A stretch of DNA of 64,000 nucleotides from Lytechinus pictus (taxonomy: Eukaryota): positions 42,782,001-42,846,000 of the forward strand of contig NC_087245.1 in the NCBI RefSeq assembly GCF_037042905.1, in the 5' to 3' direction. The translations under genes and the position numbers were made by a program. Position 1 is the stretch's first letter, and each line of letters starts with the position of its first letter. Positions 1 through 14,387 of this stretch are shown here, in pieces. A model generated the notes under the pieces. That model was not told the origin of the DNA and did no database searches. It saw nothing but the letters and a program-made list of their open reading frames with translations.

Positions 1-1
1 T

Positions 2-1252
2 ACGCCATCTTCTGAAAGAATAACTCTGAATTCCTCATCATCATTATCATCATCATCATCATCATCATCATCGGCGACACCACCATCGTTTTCACAATCA
101 TCATCATCACCATCAGCGTCATCTCTGAACTTACCAACTGATTCTTTGTCGAATACGTCTGAAGGGACTATTTTGGCCGAACAAGGGACTCCTGCTTGGT
201 CGACCGAAAATGTGTCTGCTGCTCCAAGAAATCTCACCGATGATGCTTGGATTTGGGACCCGGTCATATTTTCTTGGTGGCTTAGTCTCCAAATGATCTC
301 CGTAATACTTGGCTTGGTAGGGAACTTCCTCGTAATGTTGGTCCTCTTTCAAAGACGCCATACAGGTAGCTCTGCAGATACTTTTATCGGAAACCTTGCG
401 GCTGCCGATTTCTTAAGTTCTTTGTTTCTCATTCCGCTGCCCCGTGCAACTCGGGTGCCTTCGACGCTCTTAGGTAAGTTGTACTGTAAGATCGTCTTTA
501 CATCTTTTCTGGTTTGGTTGTGCATCTTTACATCGACCTTGACACTCATGGCGATCTCTGTCGAGCGTTTTGTCGCCATTGTCTATCCGATCCAATTCGC
601 TCGTTTCAGGAATCGGAGGCACATTAATGAAGGCATCATCTCCATCTGGGGACTGTCCTTAGTGGTGAATCTCTTCATCCCACTAACAATGCACGTGAGC
701 GACGAATCCAATCAATGCAAAGTGGAATTCATGACGTACACGAGTCAGATCATCATCGGTGTAATGACCGCCCTGGTATGTTATATAATCCCAATCTCTG
801 TCATGTTAGTGACCAATGTCACTGCAGCGCGCAAACTGCATCGACAGTTCAAGCGATTCAGAAGTACATTGCCAGGTGAATTCAACGGACAGTCAACGGC
901 ATCTTTGAATCTTCTCCATGCAAGGAAACGAGTTTTGTATATGCTTATCCTCGTTGTCATTATTTATGCCATCTGTTGGGGACCGAACACGATAGCATAT
1001 TTCCTCTATAATATTCGCATCTTAGACCCGTTGTATCTATACGGTCCTGTCGATAGGATCCTGGTCCTATTGGCATTCTATAACTCTTGCGCCAATCCAA
1101 TTGTCTATACCCTCCGGTATCCCCGATTCCGCAAGGCCCTTCGCAATGTCTTCACGTGTTCAAAAGTCAGCAGCAATGCCATATTCGAATTTAATAACAC
1201 TGGTCCTAAAACAAATGATGGTAAAGACAAAATAACAATGACAGCCATGTGA
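2..1252 (+). CDS. Rhodopsin-like (class A) GPCR, galanin/allatostatin-A receptor-like; 5' end outside window
   Basis: The frame is open from base 2 (TPSSERITLNSSSS...) to TGA at 1250-1252, so the TTG at 146 is not the true start. Seven hydrophobic helices with class A motifs: TM1 GN, TM2 LAAADF, TM3 C...ERF (DRY-like), TM4 W, TM6 CWGP, TM7 NSCANPIVY, helix-8 FRKAL. No introns in the visible part. The subfamily call is by resemblance only. Confidence 0.93.
   Translation, partial: TPSSERITLNSSSSLSSSSSSSSSATPPSFSQSSSSPSASSLNLPTDSLSNTSEGTILAEQGTPAWSTENVSAAPRNLTDDAWIWDPVIFSWWLSLQMISVILGLVGNFLVMLVLFQRRHTGSSADTFIGNLAAADFLSSLFLIPLPRATRVPSTLLGKLYCKIVFTSFLVWLCIFTSTLTLMAISVERFVAIVYPIQFARFRNRRHINEGIISIWGLSLVVNLFIPLTMHVSDESNQCKVEFMTYTSQIIIGVMTALVCYIIPISVMLVTNVTAARKLHRQFKRFRSTLPGEFNGQSTASLNLLHARKRVLYMLILVVIIYAICWGPNTIAYFLYNIRILDPLYLYGPVDRILVLLAFYNSCANPIVYTLRYPRFRKALRNVFTCSKVSSNAIFEFNNTGPKTNDGKDKITMTAM
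35..120 (+). repeat. (TCA)n microsatellite inside the GPCR reading frame (poly-Ser)
   Basis: Runs of tca tca tca in frame with the GPCR ORF. Confidence 0.9.
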
Positions 1253-3361
1253 ACAAAGTGGACATGGATTGCAATCTGTAGCCTTACCCTTGGTATTACC
1301 AGTGTATCTGCAACCGCCAGTACGTTTCTTCTAGGGGTAATTAAGTACGTGCCCTGCGAAAATGAAGTTCAAATATTCTAGTTTGAACATTCTCTGCCTG
1401 CAAAAATGTTGATTTCGGAAGCAAAGTTGTTAAAACATGTTGGTAGGTATCCTTTTTAATTTCGTAGAAAGAAAATGCAAAAAAACTATGAAATGTACGC
1501 CATGGTCAATTTGTTTTATTGCCTTATTCTTTGAAATGAAAGAGTGAAAATTGACATTTTTGCGCAAACATATATCTGCGAGATTTTCAACATTTGGTGC
1601 TCATTCAAGCATAATATTTGAGCAAAAACCATACTGGCATCTGATAGAAGAGACCGGAGCCCAAGAATTTATGTGACAAAATTATCCTCATATTGCGTTG
1701 TAAATATTGAAATTGCCAGGACCTTTTCAAAGTGTTTTTTTTTTTACTGATACGCACTGTATATACTTCTCTGATATCTGCAACCTATCCATCACAATAA
1801 TTCTTTGAGGGATTGACACTAAACAAGCCCTGCTTTTCAGTGGATGCTTCCATTTCCTTTACTCTGCATTTAATATATATTTTCGTCACATAGTAGCAGT
1901 CAAAATTATGTCATAATGTATCAACCATTTCATGCGTATATTTTCTGTGAGTTAACTAGTTTATATAGATGTTTCAAACAAACTAAATTACTCACCGGTC
2001 GCCAAACTCATACGAAATAATGATCCTATGATTTTCAAATCATATTTATAATATAAAAAATCATGCAACCTTATTCAATATGTAGAATAAAAAATATAGA
2101 ATTTGTTATCCCGTACATGCTTACACACTCTCCACAATTTCATCATTTAACACAACCTTTCCATACTTATGCCGCACGATTTACGCAGGGTGCCCGTAAT
2201 TTGATCGCATCTTGGTATGATTTATTTAGGGTGGCATACTAAGATCGTACGATTTTTAGGCGGAATCGTGATCATTATAGGATACTAGGACAAGATCGTG
2301 ACACAGGGGGTATCGTACGTCAGTGCGGATCATCGCATGCTCAGTGCAGCGTTGCCACACAGTGTCAGGGCAACGTACGATCGGTGCAGTGGCATCGTAT
2401 TATCTGTATGATTTTTGCACGGGCTACCGTTTTTTTTTTCATTCAACCCCTACGATGCCCAACACATGTAATCGGATAATCGTGAGACAGAGTAAGAGAA
2501 AGGGGGGGGGGGGTGGCAGAATAAAGTACAGAAAAGGATTTACACACATCCATACACACCTTCACTTACACACCCTAAACACAAAACTCTATATCTCCCC
2601 ATGCGTACTTTGAAAACAAAACACACAAATTTGCACCTTAAACAAGACGTTGGTAGATTCTAGTTTAATTAATTAAATTACTTAATAATCAACTAATTAA
2701 TTTATCTTCTTAATCTATTCTATTTTTTTTTTGGGGGGGGGGGGGGTGGGTGGCTGAAATCTTGCACCCGAGTACAAAGAAAGGACAAAAATGCAACTTT
2801 TTATTCATTCCTATTTGCAGCCGGAAATGCCTGCCTTGCACCCTAAAAATGGCAACTTTTCCTCTCTTTAGGTGCAATATTTTTTCTGTCAAAAGGTACA
2901 AATTTGCATATTTTAAGAAGGTGATACTCAGCACCCTAAAAAGTGCAAAATTTAGTTTCTGCGCCCTTATAGGTACAAAACGTTTCTTACAAAGGTGCAA
3001 AATTGTACAAAAAAAACCCGGGAGATTCCAACGTTGCATCAATTTTGATGGATGCAAAATTTGCACCTGTTTTTGTTTAATTATTTCTCTGAACCGTTAT
3101 ATGCAAACACAACTGATATTATGATTGAAAAAGGCTATGACATCACATATGCACTATATCGTATTCATATAAAAATTATTTTATATTTCTAGATCTGATT
3201 ATAAATTATGATTGACTAGTAACAAAAATGCATAAAAATGTAAAATTAGTTTCACTGGTTATTTGCCTTAGCGAGAGAATACTGAAAATGAAAAAAAATT
3301 GTGCGGCTGATCGTCACGGGATGGTGGGTACAAGCAACGAATGAAACATCCCACTTTTATA

Positions 3362-3599
3362 CACAGCAAAAACTGTGGTGTTAATCGGCGTACATAGAGA
3401 ACCACACCAGTTATTTAACACTGGTGTTAAATTTACAGTGTTAGTTTATCACCTATAGGTGTTATTACAAAACCTTTTGTTGTTATATTTACACTCTTTG
3501 GTGTTATATTCAATATCGAGGGTGTAGTTTAACACCTCAGGGTGTGGTCCTCTATAGACACCAACTGGTGTCAGTTTTAACACCACAGTTTTTACAGTG
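3362..3599. mobile_element. MITE with CAC...GTG termini and TA flanks
   Basis: Left end cacagcaaaaactgtggtgttaa is the near-perfect reverse complement of right end ttaacaccacagtttttacagtg; TA on both sides. Confidence 0.8.
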
Positions 3600-5287
3600 T
3601 AAAATCATGGAAATGCTACCATTCTTTAGAGGAAACCAAATCTACGCCATATTAAGATGACTAAAGAGAAAATATGGAATCCGTTTTTCAAACCGATATT
3701 GTTAAGATTTATCGTGCAGAATTGTCAAATCGGCATGATATCAACGGGAAAATGATGACAAATACGATGATGAAAAATACAGCACAATGCTCTACACCAA
3801 AATCACCACGTTTGTGAAATTGGTGGGAGAATGGGCACCTGTCCCCTAAACCCACATCAATGCACAAATGAGAGAGTATATTGGCATAAATGCCTAAAAT
3901 GCCAATTGACAGAGCTACTTTTGCAAACGTACATAGTCGAATTCTGACAATGGCAGATAAGGAAGTGCATCGAAAGTCAATATTTTTACCCTTTTTTCTT
4001 TGTAACACCACTCAAAAGAATGATTTTTTTCACGGAACGAGCAAATGACCACGTTTTGGAAGAGCGAGAAAATAAAACAATGACAAAATGGCTGAAAGAA
4101 TCGGAGACAGTTGTAATGCATTAAATTCCAAATTATTCCCTTTTTACACTTCTTTGATCCTAATGAGTAAAAAAAAATGCGAGTGGTAACAGATTTTTGT
4201 TTTGAGCAGGGCTTCATATTCATAATTTCACCCTGCTGCTACCCTGAAAATGACCCATAAAGAACGAACATTGATTTTGGTAATAAATAAAAAATGTTGG
4301 AATTCTATGCAAAACAAATTCATTCGGTACTATAATAACAAAATAATTACAATAATAATGATAATAATAAAAACATTAATGATAATAATAATAACAGCAA
4401 CAATACTACTACTTCTAATAAGAATAATACATAAGAATTATAAAGCATCTTTTCCACTTAATGCTCAAGGCGCTAAGACAACAGCAAACACGAAAGGTAT
4501 TAAATCACTGTTTTTTTTTTTTTTTTTTTTTTTTTGGGGGGGGGGGTCTGTTTTTGTTTGTATATCACTTTTATTCTATATGATAACATAGGAAGGTGCA
4601 ATAAGTCCAGGTTACCCTTTTTACGACAAAGTACAGGACTAACATTATAGGATTACGAATAAATAGAACACTTTCCATATGTTTATATCTAAATGAAGAT
4701 AGCATTTCATCACAAAACGAACATGGCACATGAGAGTGATTCATCCGCGCGCAAAGTATGCCGGACAGGCGTAAGTAAAGATCACATGACTTTATTGATT
4801 AAATTAATTCATTAAAAATAGACTAAATATTCGTATAATATCAATATTTAAATGATAGAAATAATGTCATGTTCATACTCTTTCATAATTCGGGCCTTTG
4901 GGAGGCTAAACTGCTATTTTGTATTTCATTTCAATTATTATGATCCTCAATGCAGTTCCGCTTTTCCTCGCAGTGAACTCACGGAAATCCGTGAGTGAAC
5001 TGACCGAAATTGGTATGGTTAGTCTTATTTCAGGCCATTTAACTTTTGTTTGAGCTGGACAAGTACCCGATTAACATATCTAGTTTTGATGTACTGTTTA
5101 TTGTGACTAATGTCAGTGAATCAAAGCAAAACCAACTTGGGATTGATGTTTGATGAGCTTTGATTTAACACGTGAGTGAATGGGGGTCTCTAATACTCAT
5201 GTGTGCCGAACAAGGACTAACTTCCCAGCTCCACCGACAGTTGGCGCACTTAGTGTTTTATAACAGTCATCATTATAACAGTCATCA

Positions 5288-6810
5288 ATATTTTATAAAG
5301 ATATGTTGAAAGCATGGCAAGATTTGGATCAATGTAGAAACTTTGAGAAAAACAAGATCAATCCTGTGATTTTTAATAACAGATTTATATGTCTTCATAA
5401 TAAACCGTTTTTTGATGTTGAACTCTTTCAGAAAGGGATATTTCAAGCATCAGATATTATTGTAGGAGGTCAACTAAGACCAGTCTCCTACTTCCATAAC
5501 CGGGGTTACACTGCTGATAATCTGCTGATGATTCAAAGAATTTTTTCTGTGATTAAAAAAGAATGGATACAAAGTGATTTTATTGTTATAGATAGTGAAC
5601 ATTTTCAAATAGAACTGAAGATCTTTGGTTACCTACATAAATTTATGGATTTAAAAGCCAGATATGTATATAATTACTTTATTGAGCAATTTAAAAAAGA
5701 GTACACATTAAAGGTTTATGATGGACATTGTAAATATGATCTTGGAATAAGGGGAGTAGAAAGAAACCTTTACAAGATTGAAAAATGCTTTTATATGTAG
5801 TAAACAAAGGGAGTTTCAGTACAAACTATTACATGGGGCAGTGTATACAAAAGAGAAGCTCTTCCAATTTGGTTTTGAGTCAGACAATTTTTGTTCTTTT
5901 TGTAAACAACAGGTCGAAACATACCAACATTTATTTTTAGATTGTTAAAGGTTAAACAGTTATGGAATGAGGTCATCAAAAAGCTTCATTTAAAGGAAGT
6001 TAAGATTGATGATTGGAAAACAATTTTCATCGGTCTATCTGGTAAATGTGTGAGAATACATGCAATAAACTGTATAATCTTTCTGCTAAAACATATTTTT
6101 TTATTTCTAGAGAAAAGGGCGAGCTACCGTCCGTACAAAAAACAACAGATATGATTAAAGGTAACAGAAACGAAGAATATAATATAGCCAAGAAAACAGG
6201 GAATTTGGAGTACACTTAGGAAAATGGGAACAAATTGGTGCATTTCTTTGACTTTTCATTTATCGTATTCTATTTTATTTTATCTTATTCTTTTTTCAAT
6301 GATACAAAGTTACAGATCGACAGACCGGAACGGATGGGCTACCTGTTGTATGATGTGTGTGCGTGAGGGTTTTTGCGTGCGTGTGTGTGTGTGTGCGTTG
6401 ATATGAATTTATATGCTCTTATTTGTTTTTGTTTTATATGAGATACTTAGTTTGTGAATAACTTGTTTCGCGATATTTGGAATTGAAAATCATATTACGA
6501 GGAAGAAATAAAATATCATTTCAAAACAAAAATATCATACTTTTACAAAGTATGTTTTCTTATTTTGTCGATTGATATGGGTTTTTCCCCTCTGCTTTCA
6601 CATTGTTATAGAAAAGAAATTTGGCAGTTTAATTTCATTTGTAATCATTTAAAAAATATTTGTAATCTCATTGATATTGATATATTTATTTGTTTGATTG
6701 TTTATTGATTGTATACATGCAAAGAATCTTTATTTATATGAATTGTGATTGTAAATTTATTGATTTGAAAGAGGAAGAAAATAAAATATTATTAAAAACA
6801 AAAAAAATCA
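5288..6810 (+). mobile_element. 5'-truncated L1/Tx1-clade LINE remnant (ORF2 C-terminus plus AT-rich 3' UTR)
   Basis: Frameshifted translation includes IFNNRFI...GIFQASDI, EFQYKLLHG...LFQFG...CSFCKQQVETYQHLF (zf-RVT-like C-terminal motif), then A-rich ends near 6505-6535 and 6775-6810. Boundaries approximate. Confidence 0.8.
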
Positions 6811-6834
6811 TTGTGATATACTTTTCTCTTTACA

Positions 6835-9055
6835 TAAACATTAAAGAAGAAATGAATTATAAAGAAATGCTGAGTAAGATAAAACAAATGTTAGGATGGT
6901 GGAAGCAACGGGATTTAACCCTATTTGGGAAAATCCAGTTAATTAAAGCTTTTGGAATATCAAAATTGTTAGAAGTATCTTCCATATAAATGTCTGTACC
7001 ACAATGGGTGTTCAAAGAAGTAGAGAAGATCTGATTTAATTTCCTTTGGAATGGTCATGATAAGATAAAAAGGAACATGCTTTACACCAATTATGATGCA
7101 GGAGGTTTGAAAATGTTAAATTTTAAATATATGGTTTGTGCTCAGCGTGTTATGTGGATAAAAAGACTTCTTGGTTGAAATAAGGAAATGAAATGGAAAC
7201 AATTTTTCCAACATGTATTCAGATCTATAGGAGGGAGTTTAATATTTCTTTGTAATTACAATCCCAGAGCTTTCAATATCAATGCACCTAACCTCTACTT
7301 GGAATTTTTGAATATTTGGAATTATTTAAAAGAAAGGGAATTTATTATCAGAGAAATGCATAGTGAAAACCAAAGAATTTTTAACAATACCTTTATCAAA
7401 GGCAGGACTTTTCCATTTATAATGACAAATTATTTAAGGTTAACATTTTTCAAGTTGAACACATTGTTGACACAGATGGCAAAATGAGAACAGGATATTT
7501 TTTTCTTTAGAAAAGGTTTAAATGTAAATGATTTATTTTCTCTTAACAAATTGTATAATAAGATGCCGATTGAATGGAAGAATCGGAGAACATCCTCGGG
7601 GAGAGGTGACACATGGCACGATAACATTGATTTTTCTAAAATCTATTTTGATATAAACAAGAATGTGCTTTCCTTTACCTCTGTGTCGTCCAAAATGATC
7701 TATAATATATTTATTAATACAATACAAGATTCATTCGCCTTTAAACATCCAGATGTGTCAGCTTTAAACTTGAATAAGTCGGCAGGTGCAACCTGTTTTT
7801 CTATCCCTCGAGTCTCCACATTAGACTGGAAGTTAAGAGAATTTCAATTCACGCTTTTACATAGCATCATATTTTGTAATGACAAACTTTTCCAGTTTGG
7901 TATAATACATTCCAATACTTGCTCTTTCTGTAGAAAAGAGATAGAAACATATTATTATGTATTTTATAAATGTGCTGAGTGTCTAAGATTTGGACTGAAA
8001 TAGAAAACAAATTACATCTTTTAAAATTCCTTGATATACAATGGCTTGAAATATTACTTGGTGTTAGAGACAATATAAAATACAATGCTTTATTAAATCA
8101 TGTAATAATTTTGGTCAAATATATGATTTACAATAACCGTAAACTGGGAAGGATCCGTACATGTAAAGAAATATGCAGTGCCATTAAAAGGTCAAAAGGT
8201 CAGATCGAATATGAAAAGGCAAAAAGAAAGGATAAATTGATTTCTACACCATACAAAATTTGGAAAATTTTGCCCAATTGTCGGTTTGAGTCAATTACAC
8301 TCAAGTGTTTATTTATTTATTTTTTCTTTCTTCAAACTCTTTCTCCCACTGATCCTTACCCATCAATTTAAATATATATATCAAAAAATAATATACGATT
8401 ATCTTCCAACAAAGCTTATTTTGTATAAAATGATTTATAGTATAGTATTGGAATGATAGTAATTCAATATTATAAAATATATCATGATTCCATTATGGGT
8501 AAAATATAAAGGAGATGGGTTTCAGTTCGGCTGCATTCCCTTCACATTTTCTGCTTTTTGTTTTGTTGTTGTTTTGTTTTTGTGTGTTTTATATATACAA
8601 TTTTTATTCAGATTGTTGTGCACTTTTTAAGTATAAACGTAGAGGCTTATTCTTTTTTGTATTGTCTTACAAAATTTAGAGATATATATGCATTTTTTAT
8701 TATGGGATAGCCTATTCACATCTTTATTAAACAAAATATTATATATATCAATTGTATTATTTGCTCAGAATCTAAAATGTCTTTATGTTTGGATTTTTTC
8801 ATCATACAATACCGCATTATTATACAGTAAATACATGTGAAAATAACTGTTTTCTCTGTTTGTATTACATGTACATGTATTATGGGTTGTCATAATCTTT
8901 GTAAAAAAAAAATGTTTATCATAATGTATAATATTTCATTTGTTATATTGCTGTATACATGTACTTCAATTTATTTTGTATATTTTATTTATTACCCTTG
9001 TATGCATGAAAAATGTGATATTATCTGAATAAAGGCTAAAAAGCATTAAAAAATC
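6835..9055 (+). mobile_element. Second, divergent 5'-truncated L1/Tx1-clade LINE remnant
   Basis: WWKQRDLTLFGKIQLIK, FNFLWNGHDKIKR...GGLKM, KLREFQFTLLH...CSFCRKEIET, interrupted by stops and frameshifts. Long AT-rich UTR ending in aataaa plus an A-rich tail near 9028-9055. Confidence 0.85.
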
Positions 9056-12000
9056 ATTGCTTCAGCAATCCCTTCACAATCTCATCCGAAGTAGCTCCAT
9101 GTTTACCTTTTTTAAAACGACTAAACATGAAAAAAGTAATATGTCAGAATGTCTGCTGTTTCTATGGGATCGATAGTGTTTTATTCTATCAATTATGTTT
9201 CTACTGTCACATTAGCCTATATTACTTATAGGTTAACTATTCATCAATTCATTTTAGCGTTCATGTCCCCAGGGCATTTTCCCTTTTTTGACAGAAGTTA
9301 ATTTTTGACATAAATTCTTCCAATTCAATTTGTCAAACGAATATTGATATTATGTGCAAGTACTGTATACATACGACAATGTAATTCCCTAAATAGCAAT
9401 AGCTGGAGACTGGATAGGCCTTCAACACATCAATAAAAACTAGTCATCACTAAACGTGTATAATTCTGAACATAAATGTTAAGCAATATATTGTGAAAAC
9501 AGTTATAATTATTTGTATATCGGCATTAATATTCATTAGATTGGCTGATGATGTCATGTTCCCACTTTCCTTTTTCTTTACATGAAATCATAATTATTTA
9601 ATATTTTGAAACATGTATGAATGATATGTATTCCTTTCCATGAAATAAGTTGCAGTAATCAAAATCTAAAGCATTAAATTAGCTTCAGTCCAAATCATTT
9701 TTTATTCTGGAAGGACAAAATTCGAATTAACATAATTTCATATAATAAAATACAAAACAGGTGGGGATATGGCATTTTTGAATATTCATGAAGACATGCA
9801 TATATCTGTTTCACCGAAATAATGACAATGTTTAAAATGTAATAACTTTGCTATACCTTGTCCGATTTTGATCGACGTTCATTGTTTTGTTTTACTAAAT
9901 TTTCTTTATCTGTTCAAAAAAAAATTATATTCAGCATGGAATTTATTTTGTAGGCCTTTAAAATCGCAAATGAACTAACACTGAGGAATTTCAAAAGATT
10001 TCTTATTTGTTTAATAATGGGAATTAATTATAGAAAATATCATTCTTTCTGATCAAGTTCCGATCTAACAAAAGTTTGATCACTTTCTACTGATGGATTT
10101 CAATGTTAAAGAAAGAAAAAAAAAACTAAAGAATTTACAGATTAATAACATTTAGCGCCCTCTATCTGTAATTAATTTTAATCCATTATTAACAACAATC
10201 AAACAACTATGTTATTGATTTATTATAAAGAGCTGTATCAAAAAATAACCCCACACATATTATTTTATTTTTATATAAAAAATCATTATGTGCCTTTTGA
10301 TATTTCATATTAAAACTTTTGTAATTTCAAGTTGAAATTCAGTTTAACGGGTGTCAGGAATTTCAGAACAGTATAGCATTTTGACAGGCATTAGACTGTA
10401 CAATTGTTTCCATCCCATTGATGTAAAATTGATATTAACTTCAAGATAATATTATTGATATGAATATATTACACCCGGGGGTGCTGCGTGTATTATACTC
10501 CATTGGCAGCACCCCCTTGAATTCTAGTAGGTGTGAGAAATCATAAATGTAACACAAAAAATGCCCTTTTTGCTTGTCAAATTTACACCAGCACCCTCAG
10601 TTAAGATATCGTTCCAAGGGCCCTGCCCAACGCCGTGTATTTTCCCCTTGATCTCTAATCCTATATATGGGGAGGGCACAACATTGCCATAGGCATCATC
10701 AGCCCATGAAAGATTCTGAGCTCAAGAACCAGTGACTAAATATACATGTATATTATTTTATTCGGATCAAATATTTTCACAGATATCATGACAATCTTCT
10801 TACACCTTCAATTTCCTTTTAAATTTAAGTATCATCCTGTTAGTTGTGGGCCGAAATCTTAAAAGGAAAAAAAAAAGTGTGAATGAAGGCATGATTGGAC
10901 TGCGTACTTTATTCAACGCAATAACGAAACTTAGATTGAGAGGTTTTCTGATGAGTTCTGAAAAAAGACTCATAGCTCTGTGTTTAATGAATCATATTGC
11001 ACTAAATTCAGGCCAGTTGTATGAAAAAAAAATGAAAATTTACGATTAACAAAATTACATACAATAGGATTTAGTAATGTTGATGGCAACAATAATAATG
11101 ATAATGATAATAATGTCAATAATAAGTATAACAATATTTGAATGCTAATACTTATGATAAGTATTCTGGATGACTCAAACTTTTGCAAATGTTTTGTTGT
11201 ATTTGCTTCATACCTGTGTAACTTATTTGTTTCTTTATTTGATTTTGTTCATGCATGTCTAATGTATATTACACCAGTGGAAAACAAATTTCTTTGTAAT
11301 AATGTTTGCGAAGACAAATAAATAAATATCTGGTATCTGGTATCTGGTTCACATAATACTGAATCAAAATACCATTAACGTTTTTTTTGTTGGACACGCT
11401 GTAGTGTACAATGCTTTGTGTGGTCGTCCTCTTTAAACACCGGCGGTAAAGTTTTAACATCACTGATTTTGACAAGAGCACACAAACAAATAATTCTTGT
11501 TGTGGCCGTATGTTCATGATTGACAACACTTCAAATCCGAAGAACAGAAAGTGATTGTAAACGAAATCCTAGATCATTGTGAAAACCAAATCAGATAGTT
11601 AAATCCACTTTTTATAAATATTAACAGTACAATACACCAAAAATTCACAATTTCATTGCGAAGTATTATCAGTGGTGTCTGAGTTTAAAATCAAAGCAAA
11701 GAGTCTAATTGATCATTTTTCCTAGCTTGAGATTTGCGATTAAGTACTTGCAGTGGACATGGTAGAGCAAGGCATAGATGATATTCCAACAAGTAAAGTC
11801 CAAGAAGCAATTCGGTAGTGTGCCTGTGACAAGAGACTAGCTAATTTCTTGTCAGAGGCACACTTGTCTCATTTTAGAGCAATATCGAGTAATGTATACT
11901 GAAAATATTCGGTATTTTGGTAAAAAGTTCTTTTTCCCCATAAAAATGTAGAGATGGCCGTCATAATTGCTAATTTTGAATGGTCATCTGCAATGAATAC

Positions 12001-13399
12001 ATATAAATTCATTCACTACACTTAATGTATTTTTTTTACAATAATACACCGTTAACCTATTTCCGATTCAACTATTTTGGAACCGTCTGTAAAAAAATGT
12101 AAAGATTACATTCCACTTTGTCTGTTTATACTTAAACTTGAACTTCTCTCTTGCAGTGGGTTGAATGTTTACTTACAGCTAGGTTCTGTCGACCATCGGA
12201 ACAATATCCCTTTCCAAGTCCAATTTTCAAAACTCATAGCTCTGCGTTCTCATATTTTATATATACTTCCATATTCATTCAAAAAAACTACTTAACATCC
12301 AATTTTTATATTAGGTTAAAAATTTCGACTCGCGCTTCGCGCGCGTATTAATAGTTAAAAATACTCATTAACACGCGTATCCTGTTAACGATTACAAAAG
12401 GTGCTTACGATGCTCCGTTTTCAGGCCTGAATATATATTAAAAGATCGCACGCTCATTAGGCCAATTAAATGATGAGAAACATATCTTTTCATGAATTTC
12501 TACGAATAGTCCTAGATCGGAAAATTATTTCAGATAGCATGCACTTTGAGCTCGCATCATAGAAAAGGTGGGATCTATTTCCTGTTAAATTTTTCCCTTT
12601 TCAGATTGGAATATCAAAATTTCTCAGCTCGCGCTCACATATTTTATCTAAGAAGATATTTATCCTTTATCGTTGATTACGGAGGGAAGAGTAGATTATT
12701 AAGTTATTTTCAGCCTCTTCCTATTGGCGAATGAATGTAAACAATCAAATACTTTTAATTTCATGTAACAGAAAGGGAAAGTGGGAACATGTCATCATGA
12801 GCCCACCTATAATATTACGACGATGTACGTATAACTGTTTACACAACGCTAGAGCAAAAATTCAATAACTTTGTTATTATCAGAATATGTAATTTTTTAT
12901 GACACCGCGTTTTGCGCAGTGAAATTTTTTTTTTTTACTTTATTTATTTACATAAATTTAAACATTTTCAACCCGGAGTAACCCTTCAATAAAAATATAT
13001 AATCGGTGTCAAGTGTTCACAACATTGCTAATGGTTTAACAGCTTTTAAAAATAAATATATAACCTCCGAGGGCGGCATGACCCTGGGAAGCGGGGGTGC
13101 ATGCTAGGGTTGCTGCGTGTATTATTATCCATAGACAGCATGGGCATCACCCCCTCGAATTCTGCTAAGTGTGAAAAAAGATAAATGTAACAAACATGAC
13201 CTTAAATTTTGTTGACCCCCCCTTTTTTTTTGCTTATCAAAATTTTCAGGAGCAAAATTACCTTCATTTTTCAGTGCACCTTTTTCATTTTGTTTTTGCT
13301 TGTCAAATTTACATCAGCACCCCCAGTCAAAAAAATCGATCACAGGGCCCTGTTATCGACCATTAGATGGTTATTCCAAAAATCATCTGATATAACAAT

Positions 13400-14335
13400 A
13401 ATTTTATTTATTTACTTATTTTTTATTTATTTATTTGTTTCTGCATGTCACGACAATGTACATAGTGTGACCATCACAAAATTGAATACATTAAATTTTA
13501 CATAATAATAATGTATGATAAGATCATTTACATAGCTGATTATACCAAGGTCGCAAACATGCAGTGGTATGAAAATATAAGCAGACGCTTGAGCTGTTGT
13601 CACACCTTTGGATATATGAAGTACATACAAAAATTAAAAATGAATACTAAAAAGTCAAAACTAACGATTACACAAAGAAAGAAAAGAAAAAATTATTATG
13701 TGCCTTAACTATTTACAAATATTTACAAGGAGTGTGTGAGGCGTAATAATAATTGAAATTATATCAATCTTTAAGTTTAAAATGTACAGTACAACCAAAA
13801 TGTGTCTTGCTTAAATTACATCTTAGAGACAAGTATGCGTTTTACCGCACTTTTGAAGGAATGCACTGATAATATATTCCTAGAACTATAGTAGGTAGGG
13901 AATTCCAAACATCAGGTCCATAATGTCTGATAGATTTGTGAGCCAACAGCGTACGAGGGTTATACAAATGCATATTAGATGCTTGTCTTGTGTGGTAGGT
14001 ATGGATAGCATTATTTTGTTGAAACATAGTAGAAAAGCAGGTAGCTAACATTTTGGCATTAAATCGATACATAAAGAGGGAAGTTTGAAGAAAATGGACA
14101 TCATCAACAGTAAGACATTGCAGCTTTATAAAGAGAGGGCGTGTATGATCACGGTAACCAACTCCAGCACAAATACGAATTGCTTTCTTTTGCAACAGAA
14201 GAATTTGGTTTGTGACACTCGTTGATGTTGCCCAAAGAATATTGCAATATGACACATAAGGTAGAATAAGACAAGGTACAAGGTACTTAACTTTATACAG
14301 TATACCTATATTTCGAGAAATAATGCTAAGCTGTA
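13400..14335 (-). mobile_element. 5'-truncated L2/CR1-group (Crack/Daphne-like) LINE remnant
   Basis: ORF 13842..14255: SYCNILW...LQKKAIR...HTRPLF...YHTR...YGPDVWNSLP, typical of the ORF2 C-terminus. (TAAA)n-type tail at about 13400-13435. Confidence 0.8.
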
Positions 14336-14387
14336 GCTTTTAAAATAAGAAAGCTTTTACAATAAGAAATAGTAATTCATCAACATT

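Noticed and set aside
3709..4223. 100-aa ORFs on the minus strand
   Set aside because: No recognisable motifs or consistent splice structure.
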